DNA of 64,000 nucleotides from an uncultured Coxiellaceae bacterium (GTDB lineage Bacteria; Pseudomonadota; Gammaproteobacteria; DSM-16500): NCBI GenBank assembly GCA_964648015.1, contig CAZYKO010000004.1, positions 101,208 to 165,207 of the forward strand, read 5' to 3'. Shown piece by piece: positions 55,798 to 64,000 of this stretch (position 1 is its first letter; each line of letters starts with the position of its first letter). The notes under the pieces were generated by a model. It saw only the letters and a program-made list of their open reading frames with translations, ran no database searches and was not told where the DNA came from. The position numbers and the translations under genes were made by a program.

Positions 55798-57603
55798 ATG
55801 TCAGGTAGATATCTCATGCAGTCACGATTGGTCGGTAACAATAACAATGATTCTGGATATGATTTTGATAAGTTCAAAAAGCAAATTAATACAAGTTATC
55901 AGCAGGTGCTTGTTATCATTAGCGAAACTGTACGGATAGATAAGTTGGCGACGACTGACAGTAAGTCGTATCTAGCTGAATTAGTGAAACTATTGAATAA
56001 AGCATTATTTAAAGATGGCAGTTTAAAATTTAGACCTAATCAAATCGTGATGAATGCTGCGCTATTAAAAATTTATGCATTGTTCAAGATGGAATTAACG
56101 TTTAGGTCCCAGCTTTATAGGCAAATGAATATCATCTTGAAATCAAATCTGATAGATGATTTAAAGTTGTTAGAACTTCATCTATGTGTAACCCTTGGTA
56201 AATCACACTTATGTAACACACAGACTAAGATGGTCGAGCAATTCGAGAATATTATTCATAAACACCTAGATTTTAGCGTACATTTTAACGGTGCAGTGTT
56301 TGCCTTTCCCGAAATAGATGAAAAAACACAGATTGTTCAAATGCACTTTAAAGGCGTTTTGTTGCCTTGTAAGGACCCTGAGAGTAACTCGGAGGACATA
56401 AAGTTGCACGTGAACTGGCAAAAATGCCAGTCAATTATTTTTGCAATATTAGCAAATAAAAAAGCGTTTGCATTTGCGCCTAATGACAATTCTGCCTTTG
56501 CAGCAGAAGGCAGAAAATTTGTGGCTGATTTTACCCGTGCTATAGAAGCTATAGATCCACTAGGTAAGGGCGAATGGTTGACCTTAGATAAAATCCATAC
56601 GATTACCAAGAAATATTATACGATCTATCCAATTCTTATCAGCTATCTGACAAGTGTAATTAAACGGGAAAAATTTCATAGTGATTACAAGCAATGTTTA
56701 AAACAATTACGCGAAAGAATCTTAATATTGGAGAAGTTTGCGACAGATGTTGCGCAAGACTCGACAATACCAAGGAAAGTTGTAATAGCATATAATGAGT
56801 ATTACAAAAAATTCCAAGATGAGTTTTCAGAATTCTGGCAGGCAGAATGTCCTGAGTCGTTGTACTTAGATCCCGAGCACTATCTTATTTTGAAAGAGCG
56901 CTATATTAAAGATTTGGAAATGTTGCACTCCTTAAATGGTTTCCTCAATAAACATCAACAACACCAGCAACAATTGCATGTCATTGAAGACGTCACTCGA
57001 CGTAAACAAGAAGATGCCATGCGCGACAAGCTAAAACAAGAAACGCAAGCATTTATCGCCGATCAGAAAATGAGAACAACTTTGTTTAAAGCCAAGGTTG
57101 CAGAATTAAAATTAAAAAAAGAGTGTGCCAAAAAGATTGCAAATGAAGTGATTGTTAATCCTACAAAAGATGAATCCAAAGTAGCTTCATATATCAATGA
57201 ATCAGTGATGCTACGTATAAAAAATCTCAATAATACTAACATGCAAACATTGATACAGCTGGTGACAGGGACAGGATCAGTTAAAATGCATGCAGCGCAA
57301 ACGCTTTTCAAGGCGCTCTATAGTGAAGCCATTAGTCATGGCTCATCTCATTTTACCATTATATTAGAAAAATTGATTGTGACGGTGCCGCTAGGTGTAG
57401 ACCCAAGTGCTTTATCTGATAGTTCAAAATTATCTAAAGGTGGCATGTTTTTCCCTCATGGCAGTTCGCATACATCAGATCTTCCGTGGCGTGATCGTGA
57501 GCTCATTCAAGATGCATTGTCGGATGCGGGTATTACGACGGAAATACTGATTAAAATCGGTGTTTTGTCCGAAGAAAAACATAAAATCGTACCGTCTCAA
57601 TAG
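55798..57603 (+). CDS. Large orphan protein (601 aa) with coiled coil and a possible HicA-like C-terminal module
   Basis: This is a clean ORF. Its C-terminus (..ISHGSSHFTI..KLIVTVPLG..[insert]..FFPHGSSHTSDLPWRDRELIQDALSDAGIT) loosely follows the HicA pattern GSH....VTVP.H...l....l..IlkqAGl. Confidence 0.5.
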   Translation: MSGRYLMQSRLVGNNNNDSGYDFDKFKKQINTSYQQVLVIISETVRIDKLATTDSKSYLAELVKLLNKALFKDGSLKFRPNQIVMNAALLKIYALFKMELTFRSQLYRQMNIILKSNLIDDLKLLELHLCVTLGKSHLCNTQTKMVEQFENIIHKHLDFSVHFNGAVFAFPEIDEKTQIVQMHFKGVLLPCKDPESNSEDIKLHVNWQKCQSIIFAILANKKAFAFAPNDNSAFAAEGRKFVADFTRAIEAIDPLGKGEWLTLDKIHTITKKYYTIYPILISYLTSVIKREKFHSDYKQCLKQLRERILILEKFATDVAQDSTIPRKVVIAYNEYYKKFQDEFSEFWQAECPESLYLDPEHYLILKERYIKDLEMLHSLNGFLNKHQQHQQQLHVIEDVTRRKQEDAMRDKLKQETQAFIADQKMRTTLFKAKVAELKLKKECAKKIANEVIVNPTKDESKVASYINESVMLRIKNLNNTNMQTLIQLVTGTGSVKMHAAQTLFKALYSEAISHGSSHFTIILEKLIVTVPLGVDPSALSDSSKLSKGGMFFPHGSSHTSDLPWRDRELIQDALSDAGITTEILIKIGVLSEEKHKIVPSQ

Positions 57604-57631
57604 GTGCGTATTTTTTTGTTGGGATTAAGAC

Positions 57632-57721
57632 TGATGGCGTTTATATTTTATCGGTTTGACTTCAATTAAATAAATGCGTCTATTGTCACTATGCAGGACT
57701 TTAAATCGAAAATGCCGGATT
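57632..57721 (-). repeat. Orphan copy of the last ~30 codons of corC (direct repeat of 61905-61994)
   Basis: 82 of 90 nt are identical. The translation IRHFRFKVLHSDNRRIYLIEVKPIKYKRHQS* compares with the corC C-terminus IQHFRFKVLHSDNRRIYLIEVKPIKYKRHQV*. Confidence 0.85.
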
Positions 57722-57751
57722 ATTTTTTGCTGATCTGAGTCATTTGCAAAT

Positions 57752-58711
57752 TTAGTCATAGTCATCTTTGGTTTCATCGAGAAGATCACTCATTACCTCA
57801 CTATCGATATTCCCGCCTGATAAAATGCATACAATTTTTTGATATTTCCCTAGTTGTGCTAACTGAATAGCTGCTGCAAGACTGCAAGCAGCAGCACCCT
57901 CACAAACTAACTTAACTGAATAAAGATGTCGAAGTGCTTGCCTAATGTCATTCAAGGAAATAACCAAACTATCATGAATTAACGGCGCCAGCTGATGAAA
58001 CACTTCAGGCAACACCTCAGGTGTGCCAATCGCATCAACAAATGAAGGAATACGCTGAATTGATACCGGTTTGTTTGCTTGTAGGGATGCTTTGAGTGGC
58101 GACGCTGTGATAGGTTCGCACGTATAAATGGCGATGTGAGGATTCAGTTGATGAATGGCATGGCTAATACCAAGGCTTAATCCACCGACGCCAAAAGGGA
58201 TCACAACGGCATCTGTCTCAGGCATATCTTCTATCATTTCATGAGCGATGCTTGCATACCCGTTGCGTAAAGCGATGTTGAGTGCAGGATGTATAAAAAA
58301 TCTATCCTGAGGTAGCTTTATATCACCGCGTACAATTTTCCATATGTCTTCATAGGGTCGTTGAATGATTTCTGCGTTAAGCTTTCGAATGGCATGGATT
58401 TTAGTTTGTGGTGCCGATTCAGGCACATAAATCCTACATGGTATATTTAGTTTACGTGCTGAAAAAGCAACTGCTTGTGCCATATTGCCAGCGCTTGCAG
58501 CAGAAAGACCCGATTGTAAAAACTGTGGATTACTATCCTTAAGCATGCCAACGATGCCGCGAATTTTGTAGGATCCGAAAATTTGTAAATTCTCTGGTTT
58601 GAGATAAATAGGCGAGAGACTATCCAACGCTGTTATATGAAATGGTATTAACTGCGTGCGGATGATGAGTCTTTCCAGATTTAAAATTTCTTCACGTAGG
58701 TTACTTTGCAC
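57752..58711 (-). CDS. PLP-dependent serine/threonine dehydratase-family (PALP) enzyme
   Basis: It has the Schiff-base lysine context GSYKIRG, SAGNMAQAVA, and the glycine loop FGVGGLSLG. Confidence 0.8.
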   Translation of the reverse strand: MQSNLREEILNLERLIIRTQLIPFHITALDSLSPIYLKPENLQIFGSYKIRGIVGMLKDSNPQFLQSGLSAASAGNMAQAVAFSARKLNIPCRIYVPESAPQTKIHAIRKLNAEIIQRPYEDIWKIVRGDIKLPQDRFFIHPALNIALRNGYASIAHEMIEDMPETDAVVIPFGVGGLSLGISHAIHQLNPHIAIYTCEPITASPLKASLQANKPVSIQRIPSFVDAIGTPEVLPEVFHQLAPLIHDSLVISLNDIRQALRHLYSVKLVCEGAAACSLAAAIQLAQLGKYQKIVCILSGGNIDSEVMSDLLDETKDDYD

Positions 58712-58786
58712 TGATTGTTAGATCCTAGCTTGACAAGCAAATGTTTTAGTTTGAGTATTATGTAAACCACATCTTCCAACGTATCA

Positions 58787-60487
58787 TCAATTTACTGTTT
58801 TCCAAACGTGTTCGACACGATCATCTCGAATAGCATATATTTCCTTATGACAAAACCCCATGGCGTCTGTGTAGCCTGGAACAAGAACGATTTTATCACC
58901 GCGTTGAAGGTTCACGGGGGATTTGTTCACGTGTTCAAATTTGATATGTTCAGCGCTAAGGCCAACGACACGTAAATCTTTACGGTCACGTGGTTCAGGT
59001 AATCCACCAAAGGGATGCCAGCCAACTGCTTTGAAACCAGCATTTCCTATTGCTCTATTTTGATCAGTAGGCACGCTAATGATTTGTGTGAGTAGCAATG
59101 CACCCATTTTGTGCCCATGGTCTTTTAAGTTTGCCTTATGATAATATAGTAAATCACATAATGCCCCGCCGCCTGCTTGGATTTCAGTTAAAACATTTTC
59201 CTGTAAGCAATCAATATAGTTGCAACTACCGCCGCCGCTCACAACATTAACTTTTATTCCTGCAGATTCAATAGCTGATTTAGCTTTTGCCAATATGCTG
59301 TGAGATAGTTTTGTTTCTTGTGTTTTTTCATTTGGCGGTAAAATGGGTGTATGCCCTTCATAACCCGTAATGCCAGCAAAAATAATCGCGCCAGTTGTTA
59401 TTTCAATTTGTTTTGCAATACGGGCAAGATGCACAGCATCTTCAATATTATTGACACCGCAGCGATTGTGATTCACATTTAATTCTACTAAGACTTCAAT
59501 AGGTGTCAGGATTTCCCAGCGCTCAATCGTTGCGGCTAGATTTTTCAAATAGTCAGCATCATCAATGGCAACGCGTAAGCATGTAACTTTCTTGGCAAGC
59601 AAAGCAAGACGTTCAAGCGCTTCCTGCGTGGCGACTTGATTAGCTAGATAAATATGATCTATGCCTTCATGAGCAAAAGCTTCTGCCTCTGCAAGGGTCA
59701 GCAACACCACACCGTGCGCATGACCATGAGTAAGCATATATTTAGCAAGTGCCGGGCATTTGTGTGCTTTGCTGGGGATTATCCAGTCAATGCCTTGATC
59801 AACGATACGTGACTTCAGTAATCTAATATTATGATCAACAACATCCAGGTTAACTAAAAATGAAGGTGTAGGTAAATTATAAATGTGTTGGCCAATATAT
59901 TTATTTTGTTCTGTCTTTCGTTGTGCTTTGACTACTGTGCCAATTTCTTTAGATTTACTCCAGCAAGTAATTTCAATCCACATGCCCCATGGAGAAACTA
60001 AAAAAGTTGACGTACAAATTTCACCCCGTAATGGAAACTGCATCGGCGGGTCTTGGATAAAGCGCGTGCCTTTCCATCTTGGGAGTACATGTTTTTTGAT
60101 ATGGGCAACAACTTGATCTATGTCTTGGACCGTAAAAGAAATATAGCTATTACCGATGTCACTAAATTTGTGCCAACCATATTCATTAGTTAGCGGTTGA
60201 TGATCGGGTGATTTCCATTCAAAGATTTCAACATATTGTGTTAATGGCTGTTCGCCACATTTTAACATGATGACGTGAGGCATATATGATTCGGGATGAA
60301 CACCAAAAATCTTTGACCAACCACGTTCACCGGCGCTGGGCTGGGGCTCGCGTTTGACTTCCCAATCGAATTCAGCATTAAATACTTCAATTAAAAAATT
60401 AGCGGCTTCTTGTGCGTTGGGAACAACAATACCAACATGATCTAATCCCATGTTCGTCGGTATACCATAATTAAGCAGTTGCTTCAT
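58787..60487 (-). CDS. Fusion of a VOC (glyoxalase/dioxygenase-fold) domain with a DSD1-family (D-serine dehydratase / D-threonine aldolase-like, alanine-racemase-fold) PLP enzyme
   Basis: The N-terminal ~190 aa reads GLDHVGIVVPNAQEAANFL.... The C-terminal ~370 aa carries PSKAHKCPALAKYML (K-x-H-K-C), GYEGH, SGGGS, SAEHIKF and LVPGYTD, typical of DSD1-like enzymes. Confidence 0.75.
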   Translation of the reverse strand: MKQLLNYGIPTNMGLDHVGIVVPNAQEAANFLIEVFNAEFDWEVKREPQPSAGERGWSKIFGVHPESYMPHVIMLKCGEQPLTQYVEIFEWKSPDHQPLTNEYGWHKFSDIGNSYISFTVQDIDQVVAHIKKHVLPRWKGTRFIQDPPMQFPLRGEICTSTFLVSPWGMWIEITCWSKSKEIGTVVKAQRKTEQNKYIGQHIYNLPTPSFLVNLDVVDHNIRLLKSRIVDQGIDWIIPSKAHKCPALAKYMLTHGHAHGVVLLTLAEAEAFAHEGIDHIYLANQVATQEALERLALLAKKVTCLRVAIDDADYLKNLAATIERWEILTPIEVLVELNVNHNRCGVNNIEDAVHLARIAKQIEITTGAIIFAGITGYEGHTPILPPNEKTQETKLSHSILAKAKSAIESAGIKVNVVSGGGSCNYIDCLQENVLTEIQAGGGALCDLLYYHKANLKDHGHKMGALLLTQIISVPTDQNRAIGNAGFKAVGWHPFGGLPEPRDRKDLRVVGLSAEHIKFEHVNKSPVNLQRGDKIVLVPGYTDAMGFCHKEIYAIRDDRVEHVWKTVN

Positions 60488-60908
60488 CGCTATTCCTATC
60501 TACATAGTGCAAATCAATTTCACCATTCTCCGGATGAATAATAGGTGGACTTTGAATACTAAGAAATAAAGTGCGAGTACTTGTTTTGAAGCCATGGACA
60601 AAACCCGCGGGAATGGTAATTCGCATGCCAGGCTGATACTTGATATGTTGATGTGCAAGTTGGAGGATCCCTGACCCTGAGATGATATATAACACCGCGG
60701 CGCTTTGTTGATGAAAATGTGGAAGATATTGAGCTTGAGGTTGTAATGCGACTAATTCAACGTTTTCATGGTGGTTAGGTGACTGAAATAATCCACATGG
60801 GTATATATCAAAAATTTCTTCAGTAGCCCCATGTTTACTCACCACACGCTGGTGAGGAATTGATTTAAATATATCGTAGTGCATGCTCATTTTCCTTTGT
60901 ATTAGCAT
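60471..60908 (-). CDS. Cupin-domain protein
   Basis: It has the cupin motifs G..L.PH.H-like segment (ALQPQAQYLPHFHQQSAAVLYIISG) and IPAGFVHGF. It overlaps the next gene by 17 nt. Confidence 0.7.
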   Translation of the reverse strand: MLIQRKMSMHYDIFKSIPHQRVVSKHGATEEIFDIYPCGLFQSPNHHENVELVALQPQAQYLPHFHQQSAAVLYIISGSGILQLAHQHIKYQPGMRITIPAGFVHGFKTSTRTLFLSIQSPPIIHPENGEIDLHYVDRNSDEATA

Positions 60909-60966
60909 GAGATTAATTTAATATACTGTTGAAATAAAGTGACGAAAAGTTGAATATTTGTTCCAA

Positions 60967-61845
60967 ATGGATACAAAAAAATTAAGACAATTTTGCACAA
61001 TTGTAGAGTTAGGTAGCCTGACCAAGGCCGCTAAATTGCTGCATATCACGCATTCCGGCCTCTCAAAAGCCATGAAACTTTTACAGGATGAGCTGGGGTT
61101 GGTTTTGTTTCGTCCTGCCGGCAGAGGGCTCGCGCTAACTGAAGATGGCATATTGATTTATGGACGTGCAAAAGAATTTCTCGAGCAAGAGGAGCGCTTA
61201 TTCAAGTTAGAAAAAAACCAGCTACCATCGACGCTCAGCATCGGCGCTACGGAGATTTTTCTATTATCTATGTCTGAGCGACTTAGGCAGCAACCATTTT
61301 CGCATCACACGCTAACGCTTCTCGATCTTGACCCGGGGAACATGGAGCAATTAATTGCCAATAGACAAATTGATTTTGGGATTACCTATGTTCCCTATCC
61401 GATGCGAACGTTAGAAATGACTGAGATAGGCACATATCGTTTAGGTTGTTATCATTTAAAAGGCGCATTTCAAGGGAAAAAGATTTCAGAGATACCCTTC
61501 GTCGTACCGGCAAAAGGTCTATCTAGTAACACCTTGGGCATAAGAGAAAGAGATGGATGGCTAGAAAGTATTTATCCGCGTCAGAGGAAATATAGTGTCA
61601 ATCTTTTATCGACAGCAATTGATTTAACTTTGCAGGGTTTGTGTGCAGTCTATATGCCAGATTTTGTTGCAAAAAGCATAAATGCTTCACGCAAATCGAA
61701 AGAGATACTCATCGAGCATCCTTTGCCAACACACCAAAAAAATACCCAAAGTGCTTTTCTATTTAGGCATAAAGATCAACTTGAGGATACGACATTCAAG
61801 CAATTATGCAGAATAGTTAAAGAAATGATCTCAAACAAAGCATAG
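60967..61845 (+). CDS. LysR-family transcriptional regulator, divergent from the cupin operon
   Basis: The N-terminal wHTH reads MDTKKLRQFCTIVELGSLTKAAKLLHITHSGLSKAMKLLQDELG. I chose the start at ATG 60967. Confidence 0.88.
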   Translation: MDTKKLRQFCTIVELGSLTKAAKLLHITHSGLSKAMKLLQDELGLVLFRPAGRGLALTEDGILIYGRAKEFLEQEERLFKLEKNQLPSTLSIGATEIFLLSMSERLRQQPFSHHTLTLLDLDPGNMEQLIANRQIDFGITYVPYPMRTLEMTEIGTYRLGCYHLKGAFQGKKISEIPFVVPAKGLSSNTLGIRERDGWLESIYPRQRKYSVNLLSTAIDLTLQGLCAVYMPDFVAKSINASRKSKEILIEHPLPTHQKNTQSAFLFRHKDQLEDTTFKQLCRIVKEMISNKA

Positions 61846-61897
61846 ATGAGTGTTCATGATCTTTTATGGCGACACAGTTTTGAACTATCTTTGTGAC

Positions 61898-62755
61898 TCA
61901 AACTTGATGGCGTTTATATTTTATTGGTTTGACTTCAATTAAATAAATACGTCTGTTATCGCTATGCAGCACTTTAAATCGAAAATGCTGAATTTTAACC
62001 GTTTCGCCACGATTGGGAAGATGGCCAAATCCTTTTAGGACGATGCCACCAATCGTGTCGAATTCTTCATCACTAAAATCAGCCTGAAAATAGTCATTAA
62101 AGTCTTCGATGAGTGTGTTGGCTTTGATAATATACGTGCCATCATCTAATTTTTTGATGTGGCCATTTTCTTCATCGATGTCATATTCATCCTCAATTTC
62201 ACCGACGATTTGTTCTAACACATCTTCAATTGTTACTAAGCCTTCGACATTGCCATATTCATCTAGCACGATGGCGATATGATTACGGTTCATTCTGAAT
62301 TCACGTAATAAAATATCTAAGCGTTTACTTTGCGGCGTAAACACCGCTGGGCGCATGATGTCGTTGAGACTGAACTGACTCGTTTTGTCATTATTAAAGC
62401 AGTATTGCAACAAATCTTTGGCGAGGAGAATGCCTAAGATATTCTTTCCTTTAGGATCAACCACGGGGAATCGAGAATGACCTGATTCGATGACGGCGGG
62501 GAGAATGGTGCTCAATTTTGCATTTTTGTGAACAACGACCATTTGTGCTTTAGGGACCATGACTTCGCGTACTTGCATCTCAGATACGTGCAGGATACGT
62601 TCAATCATCCCCAACATATCAGACGTGAGCACATCACGATCTTCAGCATCACGCAATACTTGCATTAACTCGCCAGCATTTCGTGGTTCACGCCCGAGTA
62701 ATGTGCTTAATTTACCGAGCCAAGAGCGTTTAGGTTGTTCAGGAGGTTCACTCAT
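61898..62755 (-). CDS. corC: CorC/YbeX-family magnesium/cobalt efflux-associated protein (CBS pair + CorC_HlyC domain)
   Basis: It has tandem CBS domains and a transporter-associated C-terminal domain. I chose the start at MSEPPEQ (62755), which overlaps the ybeY stop in ATGAGTGA. Confidence 0.9.
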   Translation of the reverse strand: MSEPPEQPKRSWLGKLSTLLGREPRNAGELMQVLRDAEDRDVLTSDMLGMIERILHVSEMQVREVMVPKAQMVVVHKNAKLSTILPAVIESGHSRFPVVDPKGKNILGILLAKDLLQYCFNNDKTSQFSLNDIMRPAVFTPQSKRLDILLREFRMNRNHIAIVLDEYGNVEGLVTIEDVLEQIVGEIEDEYDIDEENGHIKKLDDGTYIIKANTLIEDFNDYFQADFSDEEFDTIGGIVLKGFGHLPNRGETVKIQHFRFKVLHSDNRRIYLIEVKPIKYKRHQV

Positions 62756-63230
62756 AATGGTTATTATCATCTCCGATATCATAAGGATTAGCAAAATTTA
62801 ACGCTTGCATGACAATCGTCTCTAAATTTTCCATGACCCTGGCATCATCATCCGTTTCGTGATCATAACCAAGTAAGTGCATGATGCCATGCACCACCAT
62901 GTGCGCCCAATGTGCCTCGAGCGATTTATGCTGTTCGAGCGCTTCGCGATTCACCACTTGCGCACAAATGACAATATCCCCAAGCAAGGGCGTTTCCAAG
63001 GCTACCGCATCCGGTAGATCGCAGGGAAAAGACAATACATTCGTTGGCCCTTTCTTCTGTCTATAAGTGGCATTTAATCGTGACATTTCTTCAATGCCGA
63101 CGATGCGTAGGGTGACTTCCGCTGCCGCCATTCGCGGTCGTAGCGTTTCACGCGCAAAGCGCCGCAGTTGCGACGCTTTCGGTGCCATGGACTTATCAGT
63201 CGCATACTGAACAATAATGTGGTACGTCAT
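62748..63230 (-). CDS. ybeY: Endoribonuclease YbeY (rRNA maturation)
   Basis: It has the zinc motif HGIMHLLGYDH, is 160 aa long, and keeps the phoH-ybeY-corC order. Confidence 0.93.
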   Translation of the reverse strand: MTYHIIVQYATDKSMAPKASQLRRFARETLRPRMAAAEVTLRIVGIEEMSRLNATYRQKKGPTNVLSFPCDLPDAVALETPLLGDIVICAQVVNREALEQHKSLEAHWAHMVVHGIMHLLGYDHETDDDARVMENLETIVMQALNFANPYDIGDDNNHYE

Positions 63231-63240
63231 TTATATTCTA

Positions 63241-64000
63241 TTATTTTAGGTTATCTTTGTTTTCGTGTTTTTCATAAGCTTCGACAATGATTTGTACCAA
63301 TGGGTGTCGTACCACATCTGACACTTGAAATCGTGTGAAACTAATCCCATTGACGTTTTTGAGTACGTCACTCGCGTGAATCAAACCAGAATCACGTCTA
63401 TTGCTTAAATCGATCTGTGTCACATCACCCGTGACCACTGCTTTAGAGTTGAAGCCAATGCGGGTGAGAAACATTTTCATTTGTTCAATGGTTGTATTTT
63501 GAGCTTCATCTAAAATGATGAAAGAGTCATTCAACGAACGACCACGCATAAAGGCGAGTGGTAGTAACTCGATGACATCGCGCTCGATGAGCTGGTTCAC
63601 TTTTTCGAAACCCATCATTTCATATAATGCGTCATACAAGGGTCGTAAATAAGGGTGTACTTTTTGTGCGATGTCGCCGGGTAGAAAGCCGAGTTTTTCG
63701 CCAGCTTCCACGATGGGGCGCACCAGAATAATTCTGCTCACACGTTCTGCTTCAAGGGCTTGGACGGCGCAAGCCACTGCGAGGTAGGTTTTGCCTGTAC
63801 CTGCGGGACCGACACCAAAATTGATATCATGTTGCATAATGCTACGCATGTAATGTACTTGGTTTTCGCCACGTGCGGTGATGGCGGTTTTACGTAGGCG
63901 TATTTCCATAAAGGCATCCTGGTGATCTGACGGTAGCTTATTGAGCGTTTGCAGATACATGTGTATTTCCTTGGGTTCAAGTATGTGGACTTTTTCGGTC
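63241..64000 (-). CDS. phoH: PhoH-like ATPase (YbeZ), 5'-partial (frame stays open to window end)
   Basis: It has Walker A ([13 protein letters not shown]) and ILDEAQN. The reading frame upstream of the first ATG (63960) has no stop up to position 63999. Confidence 0.9.
   Translation of the reverse strand, partial: TEKVHILEPKEIHMYLQTLNKLPSDHQDAFMEIRLRKTAITARGENQVHYMRSIMQHDINFGVGPAGTGKTYLAVACAVQALEAERVSRIILVRPIVEAGEKLGFLPGDIAQKVHPYLRPLYDALYEMMGFEKVNQLIERDVIELLPLAFMRGRSLNDSFIILDEAQNTTIEQMKMFLTRIGFNSKAVVTGDVTQIDLSNRRDSGLIHASDVLKNVNGISFTRFQVSDVVRHPLVQIIVEAYEKHENKDNLK

Larger units (their letters stand above)
57722..61904. mobile_element. ~4.2-kb inserted enzyme module bracketed by the duplicated corC 3' end (no integrase present)
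   Basis: It is flanked by direct repeats at 57632-57721 and 61905-61994. It contains exactly one LysR regulator and a 3-gene operon. Confidence 0.55.

Noticed and set aside
60909-60966. LysR T-N11-A operator in the divergent cupin/LysR intergenic region (ATTAAtTTAAT palindrome)
   Set aside because: The region is a short AT-rich palindrome that could arise by chance. The cupin start codon is uncertain, so the promoter geometry cannot be fixed.
50622-61897. Integrase, transposase or IS element in the accessory region
   Set aside because: I read all six frames for tyrosine/serine recombinase or DDE signatures and found none. The only mobility evidence is the att-like and corC direct repeats.

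Overview
This is 64 kb of a gammaproteobacterial chromosome. No searches or computations were run. All calls come from reading the ORF translations and the DNA and from remembered family signatures. The orphan effector-like genes, the GC-rich palindromic intergenic repeats and possible PmrA-type boxes suggest an intracellular Legionellales-type organism, but the taxon cannot be verified here.

Positions 1-50.5 kb and 61.9-64 kb are mostly recognisable housekeeping genes:
- an OPT transporter
- a MaoC::phosphotransacylase fusion with a class III PHA synthase pair
- parC and parE, nudF, ubiK, and an MMPL transporter
- hemCDXY
- def-fmt-rsmB, and guaC
- gmhB-plsC and an LPS-core block containing a WaaG::WaaP fusion
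- gabD, a lysine-catabolism pair, priA, and NfeD/SPFH
- tRNA-Leu(CAA) and tRNA-Arg(CCT)
- corC-ybeY-phoH

Interspersed among these are large or orphan ORFs with no housekeeping identity. One of them, an 844-aa protein, carries a CKSANDRT (CX5R) phosphoinositide-phosphatase-type motif.

The stretch between tRNA-Arg and corC (about 50.6-61.9 kb) is visibly AT-richer and looks like a composite accessory region with three parts:
1. An integrase-less islet bounded by a 45-nt duplication of the tRNA-Arg 3' half, carrying decayed cargo.
2. A tightly linked two-gene cassette encoding a membrane-anchored protein plus a DarT-like ADP-ribosyltransferase-fold protein with no macrodomain partner. This is my best candidate for an undescribed toxin/defence-type system.
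3. A roughly 4.2-kb LysR-regulated enzyme module (cupin, VOC::DSD1-type PLP enzyme, PALP dehydratase). It is bracketed by a 90-nt duplication of the corC 3' end, and the two copies differ almost only at synonymous sites.

Two families of GC-rich intergenic repeats, including 125-bp and 134-bp tandem arrays, are scattered between convergent genes.
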